DNA of 64,000 nucleotides from Octopus sinensis (taxonomy: Eukaryota): the NCBI RefSeq assembly GCF_006345805.1, contig NC_043009.1, positions 53,630,001 to 53,694,000 on the forward strand, in the 5' to 3' direction. Below are positions 14,320-26,659 of this stretch, one piece after another. Both the position numbers and the translations under genes were made by a program. The notes under the pieces were generated by a model. It saw only the letters and a list, made by a program, of their open reading frames with translations, searched no databases and had not been told where the DNA came from. The first letter of the stretch is position 1; each line of letters begins with the position of its first letter.

Positions 14320-15368
14320 ATACATGTACGTGTTGGTGCGTGTGGGCATAGGAATGCATAAGTCTGTGCCTGTATCAAGGTTTTTTTTAAAATTAATATA
14401 TAACATAGATGTACATTTTAGTAATAGATACTAATGTACTACATATTCTATAAATACATGCGCCGCCTTCTCCCAAACTCATTTCTCCCCATATCCTCTT
14501 AACGGCCATTTTATCTATCCCATTTTCTTATTTCTGAAGACAAAATCTTTTTCTTTATCCACTGTTTTCCTTCTTTTCCACTGTTAAGCTTTTTCATTTT
14601 CCCCAGGTCTTCTTTCTATTTTCTTCATACCTAATGTAATAAAACACTTTCTTCATTCTCCATATTTCTAAAACAATGTATGCCGCCAACACAACTCCAC
14701 CTTCTGTAGTTTCCTACCCAACACCTTACAAAAACAAGAATTCCCTTCCTAGTATGAAATATGTACCAAAACTTCACTTACAGTTCCATAACTAATAGCG
14801 AAACGAAAAGTCGCTGAAAGATATGATATTTAGCAAATACCTACTTGAACAATCGCATTCCCTCATAAATTAAAACTACATTATTTTCCACTATTCGATG
14901 CCAGTTCTTTGTATAATAATTTTGTATATTACCAAAAGATTCGGGGCCAAATCATTATTAATTGTATATAAATGCTGTAATTTATGTTTTTTATATATTT
15001 AGCAATGATGTAGTTTATGTTTTTTTGTATTCGCGTACTATGAAAGTTTTTGAAAGTATCGCTTTTTTACCCCTTGTATTATACATTTTGTAAATTTATA
15101 TATGTCCCTTCGGGAGGTTTATATTTTACCGCTAATTTGTTTCCAGCGAAAGGAACACGAGAAAACACAATGCCAATATTTAACTACCTTCAGTCAAACG
15201 AAGATAGATACTGTCAAAAACCTAACAGACAAGTTACAAATGTTTAAACAAAGAGAGGCATTGATTCATTTTGCTACAACGTACTAATGGATTTAGCTTA
15301 ATAGTAGTGGCGCTCTTATAGAGGTATCAACTCATTATATACAAACACACACACACACACACACGCAC

Positions 15369-15399
<31 letters not shown>

Positions 15400-15426
15400 T
15401 ACATATTTAAATACACGCAAACATAA

Positions 15427-16475
15427 ACTTAGAAAATCCATCTTATATGGAATGCATTCATAAACACCAACTCAAGGAATGTTGGTAGAATATTCCCATC
15501 AAAACTTCTGTCAAATATAACCGCAACAGGCTGGAAATTGCTGTTTGGGACAGATGAGCAAAGGTATGTACCATCATAAATATCAGCTACCATGCGGATA
15601 TATATATATATTTCAAGATCAAAGAAAAAGAGGATATATATATATATATATATATATATTCTTTATTCTTTTATTCTTTTACTTGTTTCAGTCATTTGAC
15701 TGCGGCCATGCTGGAGCACCGCCTTTGGTCGAGCAAATCGACACCGGGACTTATTCTTTGTAAGCCCAGTACTTATTCTATCGGTCTCTTTTGCCGAACC
15801 GCTAAGTGACGGGGACGTAAACACACCAGCATCGGTTGTCAAGCAATGCTAGGGGGACAAACACAGACATACAAATACACACACACGCACACACACACAG
15901 ACACACACACATACACACACACACAGATATATATATACATATATACGACAGGCTTCTTTCAGTTTCCGTCTACCAAATCCACTCACAAAGCATTGGTCGG
16001 CTCGGGGCTATAGCAGAAGACACTTGCCCAAGATGCCACGCAGTGGGACTGAACCCGGAACCATGTGGTTAGTTAGCAAGCTACTTACCACACAGCCACT
16101 CCTGCGCCTATATATATATATATATTATATATATATATATATATATAAATGGACAACGGCTTCGAAATCTCTATATCTGGACTATGAATTCCTATTCATC
16201 CCAGTAGTTATTGGAGAACTAGGTCTTGTTATTAAATGCTTAAAGAAAAATCTAGATAAACTGTGATTTCCAGAAAGAGAAATTGACTGGATAATTCGAG
16301 CATTACAAATGCAGTCTGTGAGTTGAGCAGTAAAAATATGCAAGACTTTTTTCAAGTTCCAAATATGAATTTGTCTGTGTTAACTACATCTGAAAGATGG
16401 AGCGTTGTATCTTTGTTGGAAACTGACACTCTCCTCAGTGGAAGGTTTATAATAATTAAAAACAGAAGAGGCATA
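15427..16475 (+). mobile_element. Second copy of the R4/Dong-like 3' end, split by a SINE
   Basis: Segments 15427-15634 and 16148-16475 align by eye with 23589-24110. This copy keeps NRLEIAVWDR (the PD motif region), which is deleted in the other copy. Confidence 0.8.
15677..16108 (-). mobile_element. CORE-type SINE (family B), full length
   Basis: Head GGCGCAGGAGTGGCTGTGTGG, B-box-like GGTTCAGTCCC, CORE-like CTTGGGCAAGTG, internal (TA/TG)n, tail ACAAGTAAAAG. Inserted into the R4-like element. Confidence 0.92.
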
Positions 16476-16848
16476 CATATATACATAAATACATACATAC
16501 ATTCATAAAGACATACATACATACAAGTGTGAATCAGAATGTAATGCAAATAAAAGTGTATTAATCCTGACTCACCCTCGTACATATATGCAATGCATAC
16601 GTGAGTGCCTTTATAGATGTATATACAATATATATATATATATTAATATATATATATATATATATATACGTGTGTGTATGTATATACGTATATATACACA
16701 CATATATATGTATGTATATGGAGAAATGCATACACAGGGAGATAAATGCATTCATTCATTCATATACTAGGTGAGATCATAAAAAATCCAACTTTATTTC
16801 CCCCCATCTCTCTCTCTCTCTCTGTCTCTCTGTCTCTCTCTGTCTCTG

Positions 16849-16889
<41 letters not shown>

Positions 16890-17459
16890 GTGTGTGTGTA
16901 TGTATATACTGAAAATTCTAGAGATACATAAAGGCTTTTGGCGAGTTAGTCGGATACATCTAGAAATAGGTTTTAGGTCAGCTAAATGAAATCCATTTTC
17001 TTTCATATCCCCCATCATATGCATTACTGTCAACGTCATCAAAGCAACTACTACTACTGTTACTACTAAAATATGCTTTTCACGTAGTCTATGTATATAT
17101 TGGTCGGATTGTTGTACATAGTTTAAAAGTGCAGCGAATCGATATGAATGAGAAGACGGAAATATAGATGAAATATCAGCATTAGTGATGATGCGAGTGG
17201 CAACGTTAATCGCAATAATGGCAACAAGAATAACGAAATAAAAGGATTTATTTTATATCCAGTCGCTCGACGTGCTGAATGTAAAAGAACAATCTTCCTC
17301 AAATTAAACCCTAACATTTTCAAATTATACGGAAATATTTCTTCTACAGAAGCCTAAATTTGTGTGTATTGGAATCTTTTTCATTATATAGTGCCTTCAT
17401 CACGGTTCATTTGAGCTCGTGTCTGCGAGTAAACGGCAACCATTACAAAAACAATAGGA

Positions 17460-18321
17460 TAATAACAGTAGTTTAAATCAGACTTTAGAAACTAGGAAAG
17501 GTTTTCGTTCTGCTAAAAGATCAGGGGAAGGGAGTTTCCTTATGAACGAAAGAAACGGCAAATGCTAGCGTAACGAAACCAGCCGAAATATTTAGTGTTT
17601 CAAGAAGTAATTTCTAGAAAGTAATGAAAGCCTTTGAGAAAGAGGAAAAAACTTCTTTGTCGAAACAAAACTCCGGAAGAAAACCAAAACTTTCATGAAT
17701 TGTAAGAAAGGTTCACAAACGTACAGCTCCCAAAATTACTGCAGAGCTTAATGACCACCTCAAGAACCCAGTTTCCACAAAATCTGTTCGCTGTTTGCTG
17801 CACAAAGCCGGATTTCACCGGAGGGCTGCAATCAGAAAACCACTACTTTCAAAAACAAATGTTGCAAAGAGTGGATTAAAAACCTACAGAATTGGTCCCT
17901 ACATCAGTGGAAGAATGAGAATGTTATTTTCTCGGACGAGTCATCCTTTACCTTGTTTCCCACAATTGGCCAAGTTTACTTGTGGAGACAGCCAAAAGAA
18001 CCATTTGACCCTGACTGTAATCTTTCAGGATGGTAATGCACCAATTCACATAGTTAAAATTGTTACTGCATGGCACGTGGAACATTCCCCAGATCTCAAT
18101 ATTATTGAACATTCATGGTGCATTTAATGTTCAATAAAACTGGAGACTGTTTTAGCTGAAGAATGGACAAAAATACCTTTAGAAACAATTTAAACTTTGT
18201 ACGAGTGCATACCTCGTAGAATTCAAGCTGTAAATACTACTGTCAAAGGCGGTCCTACGCAATATTGAAATAAATTTGTTTGAAAATTTTAAGGTGCTTC
18301 CATTATTTTGTCTAACCACTG
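17460..18321 (+). mobile_element. Internally deleted Tc1-like transposon
   Basis: LHKAGFHRRAAIRKPLLSKTNVAK, IFQDGNAPIH and SPDLNIIEH motifs. The right TIR ends ...ATTATTTTGTCTAACCACTG followed by TA. Confidence 0.85.
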
Positions 18322-18330
18322 TATGTATAC

Positions 18331-18379
<49 letters not shown>

Positions 18380-18392
18380 ATATATATATGTA

Positions 18393-19330
18393 TAAGGGTG
18401 GAAAGGAACACACGAGTTGATATATATGAAAAAACAAGTCAAAAATAGAAAATGCTAAGATGATTTTATAGTGAATCTTTCAGTACCGGTTTCGGTCATT
18501 TTGAGACCTTTTCAACTGTAACGATTAAATAATTAAATTTAGAAAAAATTAGAAAAATTAGAAGAAAGGTTTTTTTAAAGGAATACTTCCATAGTAGTGT
18601 TCAGATATAGGTGGCATTCTGCCTTTCTCTGACACCCTTGTTTGCACTTGTGTATTCGAGGTCGTTGTGAGTTCTTGAATTCAATTGTTTGCACTTGTGT
18701 ATTCGAGGTCGTTGTGAGTTCCTGAATTCAATTGATATGTAATTACACCTTTTCATGAATATGTTTAGTTTATTTGCCAGAATTTGGCGCATATATATTG
18801 TGATAATTTTAAGGTAGCTTAGAGACATTTGTCTTCTTAAAGCGTATGGCAAAGCCAGTGTACTAATTCGCTTACCCTGAATATTAATTTATAAATTTAT
18901 TAATTTTACCTTAACCGGTTTATTACATGCTAACCACCTGATAAAATCATATATAGACTTTATCCTGAATTTTGAAATATATTAGAAATATATATATAAT
19001 TTCACATAAACCAAAATTATACACTGCTGAATTATTTGGTTATTCACACGTGACCGAAAATAAACGAAACTGATATCTGAACTTTAATTTGTATATAGGT
19101 ACGAACGGTTGTATTTACATTGTAAAGCCGTTTTGCTTGTCGGTATGTATAATTGTTCGTCTTTCTGTTCACTGGGTTGTGCTATACTGATGATGGAAAT
19201 CAGTCTATATGTAATTAAAACTTTTCATGAATCTTTTTCGTTTACTTGCCCGAATTCTGCGCGTATTTGTAGTGATAGAGCATGTAACAAAGCCAGTGTA
19301 CTTACTCGTTTGCCCTGAATATTAACTTAT
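18393..19330 (-). mobile_element. Penelope-type terminal-repeat (pLTR) fragments
   Basis: Starts at (TA)n, contains a hammerhead motif at 18481-18518, an internal tandem duplication of about 48 bp (18638-18735) and a partial direct repeat (about 18750-18900 vs 19225-19330). Confidence 0.6.
18481..18518 (-). ncRNA. Minimal type I hammerhead ribozyme motif, U3:A8 core variant
   Basis: Minus strand: CAG UUGAAAA GGUC ucaaaau GACC GAAA CCGG UA CUG. Stem I 3 bp, stem II 4 bp, palindromic ACCGGU stem III, GUA cleavage triplet. Confidence 0.7.
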
Positions 19331-19347
19331 ATATATTATATATAATA

Positions 19348-19918
19348 CAGTGTACGTTTAAACACAATAAGAGGTTTCCATCATAAGAACCCTTTACGCT
19401 AGAAAGAACAGCTAAATTCCAGACACTAATTAGGGATAAATTCTCAAAGGGAATGTAAAATAAAAACATTTACCATCTCTTTCCTGGACCATGGTTTCCG
19501 ACTTATTTTCGTAAATATAATAATTTAGCAGGCGAAGCCTTCACCAACAGGGACGCCTAAGATTAAATATATAAACAAGAATTTGTCGGCATCCTTTTGC
19601 TGCCGGCAAAAAAGATTGCGCTTGCGCGGTGGATTTCTAGAAGATTTAAATGAATAAGCAATGAGACACATGCTGGATTGGCCTCGTTGTTTATATATTT
19701 AATCTTTGGCGTCCCTGTTGATGAAGTCTTCGCCTGGTAAATTATTTTATTTACTAAAATAAGTCAGAAACCATGGTCCAGGAAAGAGATGGTAAATGCT
19801 TTTATTCTTCATTCCCTTCGAGAATTTATCCCTAATTAGTGGTTTGAACTTTAACTGTTCTTTCTAGCGTAAAGGACTCCTATGTTGGAAACCTCTTAAT
19901 GTGTTTAAATGTACACTG
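19348..19918. mobile_element. Tc1/mariner-type MITE (foldback) with about 230-bp TIRs and TA target duplication
   Basis: TA|CAGTGTAC...GTACACTG|TA. Arms 19348-19578 and 19687-19918 are reverse complements with scattered mismatches, around a non-coding spacer of about 108 bp. Confidence 0.85.
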
Positions 19919-19964
19919 TATTTTATATGAATAATATATAGTATATTGACTTATTTATTACACT

Positions 19965-20125
19965 GATATTATTCTTATTCTTATTCTGTTTGACTTTTGC
20001 TTTACATTTGCACAAGCTGGCTCCAAGTCTCACCCAGAGACCTCAAGGGAGAACAAGTTGGAAATTCATGCTGGTGTTATGCCTAGGGTGCCATATATTT
20101 GGTTTTGTACTTAGTGTTGTACTAG
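19965..20125 (-). mobile_element. Probable 3' UTR and tail of a non-LTR retrotransposon
   Basis: The minus strand ends in an (AGAATA)n tail after a non-coding segment that resembles RLE-clade 3' ends. Recognised from memory only. Confidence 0.35.
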
Positions 20126-20176
20126 TGAATGCCTAAAAACCATACAAAAATTATATTTGTTTTAAAACTTGAGATT

Positions 20177-20212
20177 ACATATTATTATTACTATTATTAT
20201 TATTATTATTAT

Positions 20213-20243
<31 letters not shown>

Positions 20244-20345
20244 TATTATTATATTATTTATTATTATATATTATTATTATTATTCTATTATTATTATTAT
20301 TATTATTATCATTTTTATTATCATTATTATTATTATTATTATTAC

Positions 20346-20378
<33 letters not shown>

Positions 20379-20394
20379 GATATATATATATATT

Positions 20395-20452
<58 letters not shown>

Positions 20453-20470
20453 TATATATATATACATATA
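20177..20470. repeat. (ATT)n followed by (TA)n
   Basis: Directly visible. Confidence 0.95.
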
Positions 20471-21084
20471 CATACAGGTACAAGAGATCTGGAATACATA
20501 TATGCATTTATTTCAATTACTCCCAGATCCGTTCCGACCCGGAACAGCCATACCAGTAAGGCTCCCATTTGAGGGTTAAATAAATTTCCCAAGTGTAGGG
20601 GAAGCTTCAATCTTTTTTTGACAAATCCACAGGCAAGACACCACTTCTATGAGATACTCTGTCATATACCTTGCACTCAAATTCGTATAAATAATGTTGC
20701 AATGCTTGTCTGTTTAGGCTTCTGTTGCAATGCTTGTCACTGGAGTCTATTACAGCTGCAGAGTCGAAAAAGTTTCGTACATGATTTTGCCACTTAAATC
20801 CAGTGACATGAAGGTGTTTCACTACTGTTTCCTTTCTAGATCCATGTTGGAATTCATAACCTCCTATGGCGATATATGCGTAGCGTGAAAAATCATATCC
20901 GTGCAAATGCAAGAAAGAAAGCAAATCAGAAAAATCAAGCTGAATATGAGATGGCTAACATCTTGCAAGATGAAGCATCCATTCGTTCATTCATTCATTC
21001 ATTCATTCATTCATTCATTCATTCATTCATACATACATGCATACATACATACATAGGCAAACACACACACACACACACACACAT

Positions 21085-21119
<35 letters not shown>

Positions 21120-22071
21120 CATACACATATGCACACAGACATATACATGAACATACACACACAAATATATCTGAGGGAAGAATAAAGCAGATTGGGACAA
21201 AACTTATTTATTTTATAACATCCTATATTACGTGGTCTTAACACGCGTTGTAAAGTCGTACACTTGTATGTCATGCAATAATGGTTACATATACGAATCT
21301 GTTTTATTCCATCACTCGGGTATACACTCCATAATTTATTCAAATGTATATAATATGAGATGAAATTCCGAGGACAAATCTTGTTTTACACTTCAATGGA
21401 AGTTGGATATACTTGGATTTACATGGAACTCTCGGCAACGGTTAAATGTTATGGTATCTCAATTGAAACAGCAACATTGTATCACACACACGCACGCACA
21501 TTTATCTATGTATAAATATATCGATACATATATATTTATATATATATATATATATCGATATATATATATATATATAATATATGTGTGTGTATGTATATAT
21601 AGATGTGAGTGTGTGTGCATGAGCGCGTGTGTTTATGCATACACACACACAAATGCATACATATATACACACATATATATTCATATATATATATATATAT
21701 ATATATATTCATATATATATATAAATATATATACATATATATACATGTGTACACACATATATATGTCGAAATATATATATATATATATGTTGTTGACCAC
21801 ATTACTGATTCATGATATATGAGATATTCTATTTAGAGCATTAAATATTTATGCATCGCCAGTCATTGCATGGAAAATTCGACGACTGAAATATAATGGA
21901 AAATCATATAAAAGGTTTAAATATCTGGGGGTGGGCGGAGGGATATGAGAATATTTGCGTGTATATATGTACGTACGTGCACTCACACACACGCACAAAT
22001 GCTTACATATATACATACATACATGCATATCTGCATACATACATACATAATATATATGTATGTATAATATG

Positions 22072-22102
<31 letters not shown>

Positions 22103-22512
22103 TATATATATTATATATTGTATTTGTAACTAAACATCAGAAACGGGAAAGCACAGTGAACGCACATCGGCAAATATTCTGGTTCTCAGAAACACATTAA
22201 TATTTAATATTTTTTTTGCTTATCGACATGGATACTTTGAGAAGTTTATTTGTTAAAACAATAGCAACATAACTGTATCTTTCAGAATTTTTATTTGCAT
22301 ATACATGCATAATCTTATACGCACACTAAAGCATCGAAACGTTTATCTCATACTTTAGCATCTTATATATTTCTATATATAAGTTCATCTCTTGATAATA
22401 GATTTGTATTGAATTAGAGTAATACATACATACATACATACATACATACTACATACATATATACAAACACATATATATATATGATATATTATGTATTATG
22501 TGTGTATGTATT

Positions 22513-22572
<60 letters not shown>

Positions 22573-23209
22573 TATACATATATATTACATTCATAATACT
22601 GAATATCTATAATATTTATCTTCATGTGTATGTCTGTATCTACATGCCTATCGACTAAAATTTTTGTGTGCCTTTCTGACTGTCTATAAATCTATTAGTC
22701 TTTGTATCTTTCTGTCTTTATCTTCATCTGTGTTTTTCTGTATATATGCAGGAAGTGATCTACCTCTCTTTTAGCGATGATTATTTAGTTCATCTCAGGG
22801 GAACTGATTTTGTAGATGAATACATAAGGAATGTGCTTCCCTATCGAAAGATAATGTTCGTCCGGTATATAAAGTAGGATATAAGTTATTACTGTAGAGG
22901 ATAGTTTAATATGAATAATTGTGCTTCAGACGTTTCGTCTGTAAGTAAATAACATATTTTTTTTATGAAAGACAGAACGTAAATCAAAAGTGTTGAAACA
23001 AATGAAAACTTTAGAGAGATTTACCTGTGATAATGGCTACATAAAAACATACAGACAGACCCATACATATACACACATACATAGATACATGTATACATAC
23101 ATACATACATATACATACATACATACATGCATACATACATACATACATACATACATACATACATACATACATACATACATACATACATACATACATACAT
23201 ACATAATAC

Positions 23210-24110
23210 ATACAAAGTCTGGACTCTCTGCCTCAGAGAAGACTCAGATGGAAAGCACTCAGCTCGTAGAAAACAGTAGAATTGACATGACGCGCAGCCT
23301 CTGTTGGACACAAAGCCACTACATCACATCATACTTCGATGGCTATGCGTTTGCAATCCAGGAACAGGAGATTACCACAAAGTACCTCGTAAACAAGAAA
23401 GACAGTAACGCTTTTGTAATCCCAAGGTGCAACCGCATGTGTAGCCTATGTCATGTTTCTGTGGAAGACATCACGAATGTGATTAGCAGCTGTCCTACAA
23501 TGTCGACACCGTACTATCTCCCTATGTGGCACGAGATTGTTGCTAAAACAATATACAATGCCATTTACAAAAACGACTGTCCTGAAATAAACTTAGAAAA
23601 TCCCTCTATTATGGAATACTTTCATAAACACCAACTCAAGGAATATTGGTGCCATATTCCCATCAAAACTTCTGTCAAATGTAAACATTGGGACAGAGGG
23701 GCGAAGGTATATACCGTCATAGAGGTTAGCTGTCATACAGTTATGAATATCTCTTAGAAAATCAAAGTAAAAGAGGATGTATATAGATAATGGCTTCGAA
23801 ACCTCCAGCTACTATATCCAGACTTTGAATTCATATTCTTCCCAATTATTGTTGGACATCTAGGTTTTGTTAGCAAATGCTTAAAGGAGAATATGGAAAA
23901 ACTGGGATTTCCAGAAAGAGAAATCGACCGGCTAATTTGTGCATTAGAAGAACAATCTGTGAGTGGAACAGTAAAAATATGCAAGGCTTTTCTGAAGTTC
24001 CAAATATGAATTTTTCTGTGTTAACTTCATCCTAATGATGGAGAGTTGTATCTTTGTTGAAAACCGGCTCCCTCCTCAGTCGAAGATTTATAATAATTAA
24101 AAGATAGAAG
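23210..24110 (+). mobile_element. 3' part of an R4/Dong-like non-LTR retrotransposon (CCHC finger + restriction-like endonuclease) with 3' UTR
   Basis: FAIQEQEITTKY, CSLCHVSVEDITNVISSC, IEVSC, FFPIIVGHLG and SGTVKICKAFLKF*. Flanked by (TACA)n on both sides. Confidence 0.8.
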
Positions 24111-24276
24111 TGTGACATACATACTTATATACATATATGCATACGGATACATACATACACATATGTATGAGCAAAAATAAGCTAAGTTTAATAAACCATG
24201 ATGTCGCATGGTATATATTAGAACAATATGAATATTATATAAATATATGTATATACATGTCTAAATATATATATTA

Positions 24277-24307
<31 letters not shown>

Positions 24308-24344
24308 TGCAGAGATTTATATTTATTCGTAGTGTTTAAATTGT

Positions 24345-25730
24345 TCAAATGCATACCATTAGACATCAGTGTGGATTTAGATGTGGTAGTGATAATATAG
24401 ATGTGGTATTTTCAGCTACACAATTACAGGAGAAATGCATCGATCAAGATATGAACTTATATCAAGTTTGTATTGATCTGTTGAAAGCGTTTCATTCTGT
24501 AAATAGAGTTCCACTTTGGGATATCTTGAATCAGCTGGGCTGCCCTGAAAAATCTGTGGGAATGCTTAGACAAATTCCTGTCGAGACGAAGGTGTGAGTT
24601 AATGTTGGGGTTTCTTGACAGTTCCAATTTCTGTAGAAGATGGTGTATAACATGGTGATATTCCTACCCCTGCCTTGTTTGCTCTGTATTTCACATTAGT
24701 ATTTCAAATTGCCTCCGATGATTGTGTTGAAGGTGGCTATATATAGATATAGGACAACGGGAACTCTTTTCAACCTCAAAAGATATTTAACACATTATGA
24801 ATGAGATTTCTGCAGCATGTGCAGCAGTGGGCTTTGCAGTTAACTTGAAGAAAATTGTTCTTATGTACCAACCTGCCCTCTCTAAGTTTTCTATGGAACA
24901 TTCTGTATTTGTATATGGATAAATATTAGTAGTTGTAACCAAATTCATATACTTAGGAAGTACTCTGAGCACTACTGGTCTTGATAAAGGAATTTTGTGT
25001 GGAATCAACAAAACTAGCAGTGCCTTTGGTAGGCTTGACAAGCATCTCTGGTCACACCAAAGTATATCTATCCAAACTAAGGTTAGGACTTATCGCACAT
25101 ATGTTCTCTGGAAGTAAAATATAAGTTGGTTATTGTAAGTATGTCAGGCACTTGGAACGATTTCATCAATATTGCCTTAAGAAAATTCTTTGGGATAAAT
25201 TGGAAAATGGTGATCAGTGATTTAGAGGTACTTGAGATGATTTGTAGTGAGAGTGTGGAAGCGATCGTTCAGCAAAGTCGTTTGAGGTGGGGTGAGGCAG
25301 CAATTTCAGACGGCAATTGGGAGAAAGGCGCACAAGACTGAATGGACGGAGGAAAAGAGCGCACGGTGTTTGAAAGAGAGAGAATGAAGCAAAAGAAGAT
25401 CAAGAGATAGCTTAGAAAGAATGAATAGAAAACGAGGGAGTGTTGTTTTTTATGTGTGTAATTTGTAGAAGGAAAAGCTTGAGCCATGCAGACCCGGTCA
25501 GCCATCAGAGTTTTCACAGGAATCAATCCTTTGTAAATTGTTACAGAGCATGTACAACCTGTGGAAATTTGTGTCCTTCAGTTGGGGGATTAAAAAGACA
25601 TGCCAAAAGACTTCGTACTGTTGCATTTATTCCTTCTGTCAGCCAGCAAAACTGTGCATTATGGTGCATTATGCAATAAAATGTGTAAATCTTTGGCAGA
25701 GCTCAAGAGTCTTATAAGGGCCTCACATTG
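24345..25730 (+). mobile_element. Decayed RTE-clade LINE (RT + C-terminal C2H2-like fingers)
   Basis: QCGFR...D.VFS..QLQEKC....LYQVCIDL.KAF.SVNR..LW.IL..LGCPEK, F.YLGSTL, QQSRLRW, and a terminal CTTCGNLCPSVGGLKRH. Confidence 0.85.
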
Positions 25731-25789
25731 CAATATATATATATATATATTATATATATATATATATGTATATGTATGTATGTATGTAT

Positions 25790-26181
25790 GCTGTTTGGTA
25801 AGTAGCTTGCTAACCAACCACATGGTTACGGGTTCAGTCCCACTGCGTGGCATCTTGGGCAAGTGTCTTCTGCTATAGCCCCGGGCCGACCAATGCCTTG
25901 TGAGTGGATTTGGTAGACGGAAACTGAAAGAAGCCTGTCGTATATATGTATATATATATAAGTGTGTGTGAATATGTTTGTGTGTCTGGGTTTGTTCCCT
26001 AGCATTGCCTTGACAACCGATGCTGGTGTGTTTAGTCCCCGTCACTTAGCGGTTCAGCAAAAGAGACCGATAGAATAAGTACTGGGCTTACAAAGAATAG
26101 TCCCCGGGGTCGATTTGCTCGACTAAAGGTGGTGCTCCAGCATGGCCACAGTCAAATGACTGAAACAAGTAAAAAGAGAAA
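25790..26181 (+). mobile_element. CORE-type SINE (family B), first about 15 nt missing
   Basis: Same consensus as 15677-16108, opposite orientation. Confidence 0.92.
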
Positions 26182-26199
26182 AAAGAGAAAGATATATAA

Positions 26200-26246
<47 letters not shown>

Positions 26247-26367
26247 GTGAATGGAAGAAGAAATGGAGTTGAACGAAGATGGTACAGAATTCCTTTTATT
26301 ACATTGCTACCCAGGTATCGGTTAAGCTTTTGAATAATCCGTAACAAGATAATTCATATTTCCATTT

Positions 26368-26414
<47 letters not shown>

Positions 26415-26538
26415 TATATATATATAATATATATATATATATAATAATAATAATATTAGGAGGTAAATCCAAACTTACAGGGAAAAATTAGATTTAGTAT
26501 TAAATCTAATTTTACAGTAAATATATATATAAATATAC

Positions 26539-26659
<121 letters not shown>

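Noticed and set aside
14440-14750. Possible decayed L1/Tx1 ORF2 3' end (minus), and an APE-like SGASVGIFVNKSL near 42135
   Set aside because: Too degenerate to support without a profile search.
22751-22876. Acceptor followed by a 41-codon open frame (EVIYLSFSDDYLVHLRG..)
   Set aside because: Open frames this short are expected by chance among many AG sites in AT-rich DNA, and no homology was recognised.
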